Positions 25,040-37,159 are shown, counted from the stretch's first letter. The stretch: DNA of 64,000 nt from Leucoraja ocellata (GCA_036785375.1 JAWMAR010001626.1:62001-126000); one strand, 5' to 3'. The notes: a model not told the origin generated them from the letters alone. Program-made: numbers and translations.

Positions 25040-27418
25040 CTACACATCGTCCATGGGCAACCAGGGGGATTTGCCGCACCGTTGGGCACGGCAGAGGGTG
25101 GAATGCATCCTTGACAAGGATTGTAACATAGTTGTATAGTTGTTTATTTAGTATATTTGTTGGTCTTGCATTATGGGGGTGGGATCTGGTTTGTTTCATT
25201 GTATTGTAAATATTATTTTTAATAATTAATTACATTTTTTGATTTAATAAAAATTCTCAGTGATGGAGGACCATAGTCTAGGTTCCTTCCGCTGCTGGAC
25301 ATGGGGGGCAGGGTGTGGTGGAGACGCCCCTCAAAAATATGGGAAGGGATTCCACGCCAATGGGCCACATGAGTGGCAAGGGTGGGGGATAAATTTGTGT
25401 AATTTGTGTAAACATTATTGAATGTATGTATAGCCTCCAAGAATGTTGGATGGAGTCTTGTAAGGATCATCTATCGGATATATTTATTTCTCAAATAAAG
25501 TATATTTTGAAATTTAAAAAATTGAATCTTTCGAAAGGACACAATCGCGACTTTTACAAGATATTCAGATGGGAATGGAATGGAAGGCTTTAGTTTAGTT
25601 TAGAGACACAGCGAGGAAACAGAACATACGTGCAGGAGTAGGTCATTCGGCCATTCGTGCCAGCACCGCCACTCAATATGATCATGGCTGACCATCCAAA
25701 ATCAGTACCCCGTTCCTGCTTTCTCCCCATATCCCTTCATTCCATTAGCCCAAAGAGCTAAATCTAACTCTTGAAAACATCAAGTGAATTGGCTTCCACT
25801 GCCTTCTGTGGCAGAGAATTCCCAGATTCACAACTCTCTAGGTGAAAACGATTTTCCTCATCTCAGTCCTAAATGGCCGACCCCATATTCTTAAACTGTG
25901 ACCCCTGGTTCTGGACTCCTCCCAATATCGGGAACATTTTCCCTGCATCCCTGTCCAATCCCTTATGGATGTATATGTTTCTATAAGGTCCCCTCTCATC
26001 CTTCTAAATTCCAGTGAATACAAGCCCAGTCGATCAATTCTTTCAACATATGTCAGTCCCGCCATCACGGGAATTAACCTGGTGAACCTATGCTACCTAC
26101 TCAATACCAAGAATGTCCTTCCTCAAATTAGGAGACCAAAAATCAAATAAAAGAGATGTTTCAAACATAATTCTGAGACATGTGACTGTAATGGTTCAGC
26201 ATTTTAATCTCTTTGTTTACAAATGCAACAAATCCAAATCCTCTGCAGAAAACATGTAATGATATAAAAATAGTATCAGGATTAATCTTGCACCTGCTCC
26301 ACTATTAGATGACCATGACTGATTAGTTTTAGTTTAGTGTAGTTTAGAGACACAGCGCGGAAACAGGACCTTCGGCCCATCGAGTCAGCGCCGACCAGCG
26401 ATCCCCGCACACTACACACACCCAGTCATGTCAAGTCAAGTCACTTTTATTTCTATAGCACATTTAAAAAACATCTCTCGTTGACCAAAGTGCTTTACAT
26501 TGGTGGAGGTACTAACGTTATACAACGGTGGTTCATAGATTAAGTACATACATAAATACATACATATAGCCCTCCCTCAGAGGATGTCAAGAAAGGCTTG
26601 AGAGTAAAGATGAGTTTTAAGTCTCGACTCAAAAGAGTCGATGGAGGAGGCAGTTCTGATGGGAAGAGGGATGCTGTTCCACAGTCACGGGGCTGCAACC
26701 GCAAAGGCACGGTCGCCCCTGAGCTTATGCCTAGACCGCGGGATGTTCAGTAACCCCAAGTCTGCCGATCTGTGGGACCTGGAGGTGGTGTGGTGGGTAA
26801 GCAGGGACAATGTACATTTACAGCAAGCCAATTAACCTACAAACCAGCCCATCTGTGGGGTGTGGGAGGAAACCGAAGATCCCGGAGAAAACCCACACAG
26901 GTCACGGGGAGAACGTACAAACTCCGCACAGACAGCACCTGTAGTCAGGATCGAACCCGGGTCTCTGGCGCTGTGAGGCAGCAAATCTACGGCTGCGCCA
27001 CCGTGCCGCCCTTTGTCAGATTTCCAGCGTCTGCATTTCATTATTATTATTACTCACCAATGCCACACAGAGAGCTGCTTGCTATGAAACTTGTTATAGA
27101 ACATGGTGCTACAAAAGCAAGAGCTTCAGAATAGCATTAGCAAAATTCCCACAGGATTCTCAAAAAATAAAGGTCTTCATTTAATAGCTATGAGTGGATT
27201 TTGTAACTGCAGGTAAAGACTGTGTGTAACAGATTATCATTTGATAGATGCAATTATTCTCAATGTTCATAGTTACCCGCGGAACAGTCTGGGTTCTAAA
27301 GAAACAAAGGCTTTTCTAAAGAGATACAGCGGGGAAACAGGCCCTTCAGCCCACCAAGTCCGCACCAACCATCGATCATGTGTTCACACACTAGTTCTAT
27401 GTTATCCCACTATTTCAT

Positions 27419-27706
27419 CTACAGAGGGTTAATTAATCTATGAAACCCAAGGTAGTTAAAGCTGGTGCAGCGCTCTCTCCCCATCGCCTCTCCCTCCTCC
27501 ACCACCCCTCCCTCCATCCTCCCACCTACCCCCTTCCCCTGCTTGGACTGGAACCAGAGCTCCGCGTATTCCCACCCCTCGTCACTGTGCCTGGTGTCTC
27601 CGCTGCTCAGCACCTCCCGCATGTTGGCGTACACGACCGCTTGCTCTTCCCCTCTCCTGATTTCCCCTCCTACTGGGGCCGACCCGTTCTCTCCACTCCC
27701 CGCGCT
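27419..27706 (-). pseudogene. Terminal cytoplasmic exon of the right Siglec-like gene (probably untranslated; stop lost)
   Basis: Acceptor ttccttccag; SAGSGENGSAPVGGEIRRGEEQAVVYANMREVLSSGDTRHSDEGWEYAELWFQSKQGKG then read-through; relative to the left copy it has an in-frame 12-nt deletion, ITIM V>W and a +1 insertion removing the TAG. Confidence 0.8.
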
Positions 27707-29027
27707 CTGGAAGGAAAGTGAAGCAGACGGGCAGTTGGTCGGTTAGGTACAGAGCAGTGTGGCCCGGCATTTAATACCATCAGTGAGAAGGTTCACAACT
27801 CCTGTACTCCCACAGACCCAGTTCAGCCATGTTGTTGATGTTCTCCTCTCACACACTCTCGCTCTCCTTCTCTCTCCCCCTCTCTCACTTTCTCTCCGTC
27901 TCCCTCTCACTTGCAGTTTCACACTTCTCTCTCCCCCTTTCTCCCTCTCCTCTTTCTCTCACTCGCTCACACTCAGGCACTGTGTCTCTCACACTCGTAG
28001 TTTCACCCACTATCTCTCTCCCTCTCTCGCCTCGTCTCCCTCTTTCTCAAACTTTGTCTCATACTCACACCCACTCTCTCACACCCACTCTCACACTCAC
28101 ACACTCTCACATAGTTAGATAAATCAATATTCATACCCCCGGTTGCTAATACTTTAATTCCCCTTCCCACACTGACCTTTCTGTCCTCGGTCGCCTCCAT
28201 TGACAGAGTGAGGCTAAACACAAATTGGAGGACCAGCATCACATATTCCGTTTGGGCAGCTTACAGCCCAGTGATATGAACATTGATTTCCCTCACTTGA
28301 GGTAGCCCTGTGTTCCCTCTCTCTCCATCCCTCCCCACCCAAGTCGCACAAAGCTTCTCGTTTTCACCCAACAAACCACTAACAGTGGCCTGTTTCCTTT
28401 ATCATCGTTACTTTGTTTACATCTATCTTTCATTCATTGTTCTTTATCTCTCTCTACATCATCATCTATATAGAGTCATCCATTGTGGAAACAGGTCCTT
28501 CTGCCCAACTTGCCAACACCGGCCAACATGGCCCAGCTACACTAGTCCCACCTGCCTGCGCTTGGTCCATATCCCTCCAAACTTGTCCTGTCCATGTACC
28601 TTTCTAACTGTTTCTTAAACGTTGGGATAGTCCCAGCCTCAACTACCTCCTCCAGCAACTCGTTCCATACACGCACCACCCTTTGTGTGAAAAAGTAACC
28701 CCTCAGATTTTTTTCCCCTTCACCTTGAACCTATGTCCTCTGGTCCTCGATTCCCATACTCTGGGCAAGAGTCTCTGTGCATCTACCTGATCTATTCCTC
28801 TCATGGTTTTATACCCATCTATAAGATCACCCCTCATCCCCTTGTGCTCCAAGAATAGAGTCCCAGCCTCCTCAACCTCTCTCTGTAGCTCAGGCCCCTC
28901 GAGTCTCGACCGAAACATCACCTGTTCCTTCTCTCCAGAGATTCTGCCTGTTCCACTGAGTTACTCCAGCATTTTGTACCCACGTGTGTATCATCTGTAG
29001 TTGAGGTTAAATACAAAGTTCCACTAC

Positions 29028-29094
29028 CTGATTGGTGGCAGATTGTGGGCAGTAGATCACATTGTTGTCTGGGTTCCCTGAAGCATCTTCCCTC
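29028..29094 (-). CDS. 67-nt exon of the right Siglec-like gene; supplies a junction TGA when spliced to the C2 exon
   Basis: Intact AG/GT; ancestral frame REDASGNPDNNVIYCPQSATNQ; begins GAG, so upstream phase-1 T plus GA gives TGA. Confidence 0.7.
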
Positions 29095-29261
29095 CTGCAG
29101 CAAAGGAAGATCACACCAAGTGTACAGCACATCAGCAAAGTACAAGTATAAAGTTGCAGTTGTATTAGACGTTGGTCATAAAGTCGTGAGGTTATTAATG
29201 ATAGTAGCAGAATTAAGTCATTCGGCCCATCAAGTCTACTCTGCCATTCAATCATGGCTGA

Positions 29262-30225
29262 TACATAGAAACATTGTCATATGTTGATAAAATGAAGCTG
29301 CTGGGCTTGTATAGAAACATAGAAAAATAGAAATTAGGTGCAGGAGTAGGCCATTCGGCCCTTCGAGCCTGCACCGCCATTCAATATGATCATGGCTGAT
29401 CATCCAACTCAGTATCCCGTACCTGCCTTCTCTCCATACCCCCTGATCCCCTTAGCCACAAGGGCCACATCTAACTCCCTCTTAAATATAGCCAATGAAC
29501 AGGCCTCAACTACCCTCTGTGCAGAGAGTTCCAGAGATTCACCACTCTCTGTGTGAAAAAAGTTCTTCTCATCTCGGTTTTAAAGGATTTCCCCCTTATC
29601 CTTAAGCTGTGACCCCTTGTCCTGGACTTCCCTAACATCGGGAACAATCTTCCTGCATCTAGCCTGTCCAACCCCTTAAGAATTTTGTAAGTTTCTATAA
29701 GATCCCCTCTCAATCTCCTAAATTCTAGAGAGTATAAACCAAGTCTATCCAGTCTTTCTTCATAAGACAGTCCTGACATCCCAGGAATCAGTCTGGTGAA
29801 CCGTCTCTGCACTCCCTCTATGGCAATAATGTCCTTCCTCAGATTTGGAGACCAAAACTGTACGCAATACTCCATGTGTGGTCTCACCAAGACCCTGTAC
29901 AACTGCAGTAGAACCTCCCTGCTCCTATACTCAAATCCTTTTGCAATGAAAGCTAACATACCATTCGCTTTCTTTACTGCCTGCTGCACCTGCATGCCTA
30001 CCTTCAATGACTGGTGTACCATGACACCCAGGTCTCGCTGCATCTCCCCCTTTCCCAATCGGCGACCATTTAGATAATAGTCTGCTTTCCCGTTTTTGCC
30101 ACCAAAATGGATAACCTCACATTTATCCACATTATACTGCATCTGCAAACGTTTGCCAACTCACCCAGCCTATCCAAGTCACCTTGCAGTCCTCCTCACA
30201 GCTAACACTGCCCCCCAGCTTAGTG
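29262..30225 (-). mobile_element. Young CR1/HER1 LINE 3' ~950 bp occupying the place of the deleted TM-exon region
   Basis: 212-aa ORF MQYNVDKCEVIHFG...RDLGV...RVLVRPHMEYCVQFWSP; (TTTCTATG)n tail; flanks map to left-arm 6345 and 3250. Confidence 0.92.
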
Positions 30226-31014
30226 TCTATTTCCTTCGCTCCATAGATGCTGCCTCACCCGCTGAGTTTCTCCAGCATTGTCTGCTCCAGCATTTTGTGT
30301 CTATCTTCAGTAAACGGGACTGATCCAAGAACTCCGAGGCTCTGTACAAGAAGGGACAGAGCTTTCTGAGAAGGCTCTGCTCCATCAACATCTGCAGCAA
30401 GAAGCTGCAGATGTTCTACTAATCGGTGGTGGCCAGTGCCATCTTCTTCACTGCCGTGTGCCGGGGCAACAGGGCGAAGGCTGCAGACGTCAATGGGATC
30501 AACAAGCTCATCAGGAAGGCCGGCTCCATCCTGGGGGCGGAGTTGGATTCACAGTAGGTTGGTCTAGGAGGGGAGGATGGAGCTGTGGAGCATCCTGGAC
30601 AATACAGCTCAACCCCTCCGTGACACATTGGTCAACCAGAGGAGCACATTCAGCAACAGACTGGTTCCACACAGATGCAGCACAGAACGCCACAGGAGAT
30701 CCTTCTTCCCTGTGGCTATCAAACAGTACAACTCCTCCCCCTTCTGTCGTAGTGTAGACTGAGACTGACTCGCCTCCCCACCACCCCCCTCCCACGTAAT
30801 CTTTGCACAGCCCCCAAGCCTTTCCACTCGTCACTTTAATTTCATATTTAAAGTATTTTGTGTTTGTGTATTTTGTGTATTTAGTTCTCTCCTGGGATAT
30901 ATAAAGTTCTATTGTGTCGTATCGTATTGTAAAAGTTGCCCCGCACATCTCCTTTACAATTTTCCCCTCTCACCTTAGAGCTCTGCCCTCTCAACCTTGA
31001 CATTTGCACCATGT

Positions 31015-31920
31015 TAGCAGTGTTAGCTGTGAGGAGGATGCTAGGAGACTGCAAGGTGACTTGGATAGGCTGGGTGAGTGGGCAAATGTTTGGCAGATGC
31101 AGTATAATGTAGATAAATGTGAGGTTATCCATTTTGGTGGCGGAAAACAGGAAAGCAGACTATTATCTAAATGGTGGCCGACTAGGAAAAGGGGAGATGC
31201 AGCGAGACCTGGGTGTCATGGTACACCAGTCATTGAAAGTAGGCATGCAGGTGCAGCAGGCAGTGAAGTAAGCGAATGGTATGTTAGCTTTCATAGCAAA
31301 AGGATTTGAGTATAAGAGCAGGGAGGTTCTACTGCAGTTGTACAGGGTCTTGGTGAGACCACACCTGGAGTATTGCGTTTTTGGTCTCCAAATCTGAGGA
31401 AGGACATTATTGCCATAGAGGGAGTGCAGAGAAGGTTCACCAGACTGATTCCTGGGATGTCAGGACTGTCTTATGAAGAAAGACTGGATAGACTTGGTTT
31501 ATACTCTCTAGAATTTAGGAGATTGAGAGGGGATCTTATAGAAACTTACAAAATTCTTAAGGGGTTGGACAGGCTAGATGCAGTAAGATTGCTCCCGATG
31601 TTGGGGAAGTCCAGGACAAGGGGTCACAGCTTAAGGATAAGGGGGAAATCCTTTAAAACCGAGATGAGAAGAACTTTTTTCACACAGAGAGTGGTGAATC
31701 TCTGGAACTCTCTGCCACAGAGGGTAGTTGAGGCTAGTTCATTGGCTATATTTAAGAGGGAGTTAGATGTGGCCCTTGTGGCTAAGGGGATCAGAGGGTA
31801 TGGAGAGAAGGCAGGTACGGGATACTGAGTTGGATGATCAGCCATGATCATATTGAATGGCGGTGCAGGCTCGAAGGGCCGAATGGCCTACTCCTGCACC
31901 TAATTTCTATGTTTCTATGT
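31015..31920 (+). mobile_element. Young CR1/HER1 LINE 3' ~900 bp, right-arm specific
   Basis: Near-identical to 29262-30225; empty site TTTTTCACATGGTGC at ~2450; ATGT at both junctions. Confidence 0.92.
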
Positions 31921-33378
31921 GAAAAAGATTCTGACTTCTCAATGCAACTCATAGTTTTATATATTTCTATCAGGTCTCCCCCTCAGCCTTCCAATGGGTG
32001 GTGAATCTGTGGAATTCTTTGCCACAGACGGCAGTGGAGGCCAAGTCAGTGGTTATATTTAAGGCAGAGATAGATTCTTCATTAGTACGGGTGTCAGAGG
32101 CTATGGAGTGAAGGCAGGGGAATGGGGCAGGGGAGGGAGAAATACATCAGCCATGATCGAATGGCAGAGTATACTTGATGGGCCAAAAGGCCTTATTGTG
32201 CTCCCATCACTTGTGAACATGAACTCCAGAGAAAGTCTATCCAACCTCTTCTTTAGTTTAGTTTAGAGATACAGCGCGGAAACAGGCCCTTCGGCCCACC
32301 GTGTCCACGCCTGCCAGCGATCCCCACACATATACTATCCTGCACACACTAGGGACAATTTACAAATATACCAAGCCAATTAACCTGCACACCTGTATAT
32401 CTTTGGAGTGTGGGAGGAAACCGGAGCACCCGAAGAAAACCCACGTAGGTTATGGGATGAACTTGCCAACTCCGTACCGACAAGCACCCGTAGTGAGGAT
32501 TCAACCTGGCTCTCTGGTGCTGTGAGGCAGCAACTCTACCGTTGAACCATTGTGTGCCCCCCTTGAAACTCCTTATTGCTAATACTCTCTAAACTAGGCA
32601 GCGTTGTGCACCCTGACCACATCCTTCCTGTAATGGGGTGACCAGAACTGCACACAATGCTTCAAATAATTTTATCTAAACTTCCTTATCTTAGAAGAGG
32701 AGAGAGGAAATATAGGAAGTATGTTGTCAAGCAGGAAAGGGTGCAGCGAAGATTCATGAGGATGTGGCCAGGACTAGAGGGCCTGAGCTATAGGGAAAGG
32801 TTGAGCAGGCTGGGACTCTCTTTCTTGGAGAACAGGGGGATGAGGAGTGCTCTTATAGAGGTGTTTATAATCATGAGAGGAATAGATCGGGTAGATGCAC
32901 CAAGTCTATTGCCCAGAGTAGGTGAATCGACGACCAGAGGACATAGGTTCAAGGTGAAGGGGAAATTATTTAAACGGAACCTGGGCGGTGACTTTTTCAT
33001 ACAAAGGCTGGTTGTTGTATGGAATGAGCTGCCAGAGGAGGTCGCTGAGGCTGGGACTATCCCAGCGTTTAAGAAACAGACAAGTACATGGTTAGGGCAA
33101 GTTTGGAGGGATATGGGCCAAACATGGGCAGGTTGGACTAATGTAGCTGGGACATGTAGGTTGTTGAAAGCAAGTTGAGCAGTTCCCACGCTGTATCACT
33201 CTATGAATCAATGGCTCTATAGCTCTATGGCTCTATGAGAAGGCAGGAGAATGGGGTTAGGAGGGAGAGATAGATCAGCCATGATTGAATGGTGCAGTAG
33301 ATTTGACCATTCAACATTCTAATTCTGCCCCTATCATTTATGACGTTGTGAGGGATGTGTTAGTGTGTGTCTACTCAC

Positions 33379-33660
33379 ATTCTACAGTGAGGGTCACATC
33401 CCTCTCTGCTGTCCCGTGTTCATTCACCGCCACACACTGATAGACCCCAGCGTCCTGCCATGCCAGCTGAGGGAACTCCAACCACAGCTCGTTGCTGGAA
33501 TATGTTGTGTTCAGCGTGACACCAAGATGTATCCACGTCAGGTTAGATGCTGGGAAACTCTGAACGGAGCAGAGGATCGCTGCAAAGTTTCCTTCCTTTA
33601 CAATCACCCGGGAACTGTTCGCATCGGCGTGGGAAGTGATTGAGAGATTTCGTGGAGCAT
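33379..33660 (-). CDS. Siglec-like gene, intact C2-set Ig exon
   Basis: ttgtctttag/gtgagt, 282 nt, phase 1-1; YAPRNLSI...VKEGNFAAILCSVQSFPASNLTW...DAGVYQCVAVNEHGTAERDVTLTVE. Confidence 0.93.
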
Positions 33661-33761
33661 CTAAAGACAAACGAAGGTTTAAACGCGAGTTAACATGGCA
33701 GAATTCAACGCGCCAACCAGGACAGTACAGAGAGAAAAGATGAAGTACGAATGCAACTAGT

Positions 33762-33789
33762 CTGAAGAAGGGTCTCGACCCGAAACGTC
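33762..33789 (+). ncRNA. Minimal hammerhead-ribozyme-like motif within a Penelope-associated repeat
   Basis: CTGAAGA-A-GGGTC-TC-GACCC-GAAAC-GTC: CUGANGA core, stem II, GAAA and palindromic ACGT stem III; stem I weak. Confidence 0.45.
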
Positions 33790-33959
33790 ACCCATTCCTA
33801 CTCTCCAGAGATGCTGCCTGACCCGCTGAGTTACTCCATCTTTTTGAATCTATCTTTGGTTTAAACCAGCATCTGCAGTTCCTTCCTACTCATTCCGTCT
33901 GCTCCACTGTGAAATCTCCTCAAGATATGTCTACTTTGAAGAAATTCTCCTCTCTCTGA

Positions 33960-35265
33960 CGAGAGTTAGAGTCATAGGGTGATCGTGTGGAAACAGGCCC
34001 TTCAGCCCAACTTGCCCACACCGGCCAACATGTCCCAGATACACTAGTCCCACCTGCCCATAACCCTCCATATTTGTTGTATCCATGTACCTGTCTAACT
34101 GTTTTTTAAACGTTGGGATAGACACTGCCTCAACTACCTCCTCTGGCACCGTGTTCCATACACCAACTACCCTTTGTGTAAAAAGTTCCTCAGGTTCCTA
34201 TTAAATCTTTTCTCCTTCACCTTGAACCTATGTCCTCTGGTCCTCGATTCCCCTATTCTATGCAAGATACTCTGTGCATCCACTCAATCTCTTCCCCTCA
34301 TGATCTTTTCACTATAAGATCACCCCACATCCATCTGCGCTCCAAGCAATAGAGACCCAGCCTGCACAACCTCTCCCTGTAGCTCGGGCCCTCTAGTCCT
34401 TGGCAACATTCTCATAAATCTTCACTGAACCCTTTCAAGCTTGATAATATCTTTCCTGTAACATGGTGCCCAGAACTGAACACAATATTCTAAATGCGGC
34501 CTCACCAACGTCTTATACAACTGCAACATGACCTCCCAACTTCTATACTCAATACTCTGACTGATGAAGGCCAGTATGCCAAAAGGCTTTTTGACCACCT
34601 GTGACTTGATCTTCAAGGAACCTTGCACCTGCACTCCTTGATCCCTCTGCTCTACAACACTCCCCACAGGCCTACCATTAACTGTGTTGGTGCTGCTTTT
34701 GTTAGACGTCCCAAAATGCAACATCTCACATATCTCTGATTTAAATTCAATTAACCATTCATCAGCTCATCTGGCCAATGATCAAGTTCCTGCTGCAATC
34801 TTTCACAACATTGCAGTTCTGCCACACCCCCTCTCACTGCTCCCCCTCTGTGATGCCTCCTGCTCTCCGATCTTACATTCATTGTTCTTTATCTCTCTAC
34901 ATAGAAACATAGAAATTAGGTGCAGGAGGAGGCCTTTCAGCCCTTCGAGCCAGTACCGCCATTCATTGTGATCACGGCTGATCGTCCCCAATCAATAACC
35001 CGTGCCTGCCTTCTCCCCATTTCCCTTGACTCCACTAGCCCCTAGAACTCTATCTAACTCTCTCTTAAATCCATCCAATGATTTGGCCTCCACTGCGCTC
35101 TGTGGCAGGGAATTCCACAAATTCACAACTCTCTGGGTGAAAAAGTTATTTCTCACCTCAGTCTTAAATGGCCTCCCCTTTATTCTAAGACTGTGGCCCC
35201 TGGTTCTGGACTCGCCCAATATTGGGAACATTTTTCCTGCATCTAGCTTGTCCAGTCCTTTTTAT
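33960..35265 (-). mobile_element. CR1-type LINE fragments in an intron
   Basis: ORFs LQLYKTLVRPHLEYCVQFWAP and SRTRGHSLRIKGRPFKTEV. Confidence 0.8.
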
Positions 35266-35914
35266 AAGGAACGAGCTGCTGGAGGAGGTAGTTGAGGCTG
35301 GGATCATTGCAACGTTTAAAAAACAGTTGGACAGGTAACATGGATAGGAGGTAGACAAAAGTGCTGGAGAAACTGAGCGGGTGGAGCAGCATCGATGGAG
35401 CGAAGGAAATAGGCAATGTTTCGGGCCAAAACCCTTCTTCAGACTGATGGACGTCAAACATGGATAGGACTTGTTTGGAGGGATATGGGCCGAAGTAGGG
35501 CAGGTGGGATGCGTGTAGATGGGGCTCATTGGCCGGTGTGGGCAAGTTGGGCCAAAGGACCTGTAACCATGCTGTAAGACTCTATGACTCTAAAGACACT
35601 GCCTGACCCACTGAGTTGCTCCACTACTTTGTGTTTAAGCAACGTGAGGAGTGACGATACATAGAGGGAGGCATTGAAGGTTTCTGGGTGGAAAGACCAA
35701 TATAATCCAACAACGTCAGGCAGAGGTGAGACAGGTTACTTACAGGTGGGGAACAAACAAGGCTGTAGATGTGGGTGGCACGGTGGCGCAGTGGGTAGAG
35801 CTCCTGCCTCACAGCGCCAGAGACCCGGGTTCAATCCTGACCACCCGTGCCTTTCTGTACGGAGTTTGCACGTTCTCCCCGTGACCTGCCTGGGTTTTCT
35901 CCGAGATCTTGAGG

Positions 35915-36002
35915 ATGTGTGTCTGTATGTGTTTGAGTGAATGAGTGCGTGTGTGTGTGTGTGAAGAGAGGGAGCGTGTGTGTGGCGATTGTTTGTGAGA
36001 GA

Positions 36003-36062
<60 letters not shown>

Positions 36063-36100
36063 GTGCATGTGTGTGTAAGTGCGAGTGCGAGTGAGAGTGT
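35915..36100. repeat. (GT)n microsatellite
   Basis: Long pure GT run at ~36004-36057 with degenerate flanks; close to the breakpoint of the left-arm deletion. Confidence 0.95.
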
Positions 36101-36176
36101 TAGTGAATTCCAGCATCTCTCATGGGCCAATAAACCATCTGCCTTTACATAGACATGACAGTGTGTGTCTACTCAA

Positions 36177-36888
36177 ATTCTACAATGAGGGTCACATCCC
36201 TCTCAGCTGTCCCATGGTCATTCTCCACTACACACTGATAGACCCCAGCATCCTTCCCTGTCAGCTGAGGGAATTGTAAAGAATAGGCTTGTATTCACTG
36301 AAGTTTAGAAGGATGAGGGGATGTCTTATTGAAACATATAAAATTATAAAAGGACTGGACAAGGTAGATGCACGAATGTTCCCAATGTTTCCCAGAACCA
36401 GGGTCTATAGTCTTAGAATAAAGGGGAAGCCATTTAAGGCTGAGGTGAGAAAAACCCTTTTCACCCAGAGAGTTGTGAATTTGTGGAATTCCCTGCCAGA
36501 GAGAGCACTGGAGGCCAAGTTACTCGATGGATTTAAGAGAGAGTTAGATAGAGCTCTAGGGGCCAGTGGAATCAAGGGATATGGGGAGAAGACAGGCACG
36601 GGTTATTGATTGGGGACGATCAGCCATGACCACAATGAATGGCGCTGCTGGCTCGAAGGGCCGAATGGCCACCTCCTGCACCTATTTTCTACGTCTATGT
36701 CTATGTCCATCCACAGCTCGTTGCTGGAACGCGTTGTGTTCAGCGTGACACCGATGTCTCCACATCAGGTTAGACGCTGGGAAACTCTGGAGGGAGCAGA
36801 GGATCGCTGCAGAGTTTCCTTCCTTTATACTGACCCAGGAATTGTTCACATTGTCGGGGGAAGTGATTGAGAGATCCTGGGGGGGTGT
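36177..36888 (-). pseudogene. Dead C2-set Ig pseudo-exon, paralogous to 33379-33660, split by CR1 (36275-36705)
   Basis: TPQDLSITSPDNVNNSWVSIKEGNSAAILCSLQSFPASNLMW... and FPQLTGKDAGVYQCV..NDHGTAERDVTL; extra C in the C-run, 2-nt deletion, CR1 insertion, donor GT>TT. Confidence 0.9.
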
Positions 36889-37159
36889 CTGCAAACAGAT
36901 AACATTCAGCATTTAAGAGGGAACTGCAGATGCTGGAGAATCGAAGGTTACACAGAAAAGCTGGAGAAACTCAGCGGGTGCAGCAGCATCTATGGAGCGA
37001 AGGAAATAGGCAACGTTTCGGGCCGAAACAGCACTTTCGGTGATCCTTGTAAAAGACTTTAGTCTGCAGAATGTAGAGATACACTGCGGAAATAAGCCCT
37101 TCAGCCCACGGAGTCCGCGCCAACCATCGATCACACATTCACACACTAGTTCTATGTTT

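Larger units (their letters stand above)
1..36600. repeat. Giant inverted segmental duplication (palindrome); left arm 1..17138 (runs off the window), right arm 17550..~36600
   Basis: Collinear reverse-complement blocks: 1-510/36600-36095; 510-1519/32950-31950; 2416-3250/31950-30225 (minus the CR1 insert); 6345-8321/29260-27265; 10954-14345/27275-23615; 14755-14840/23045-22960; 14840-15985/19370-18325; 17040-17138/17640-17550. Identity roughly 90% by eye, with arm-specific TE insertions and deletions. Confidence 0.95.

Noticed and set aside
1-36600. Palindrome as a long-read fold-back or assembly artefact
   Set aside because: The arms differ by roughly 10% and carry distinct insertions with TSDs and empty sites; artefactual palindromes are near-identical.
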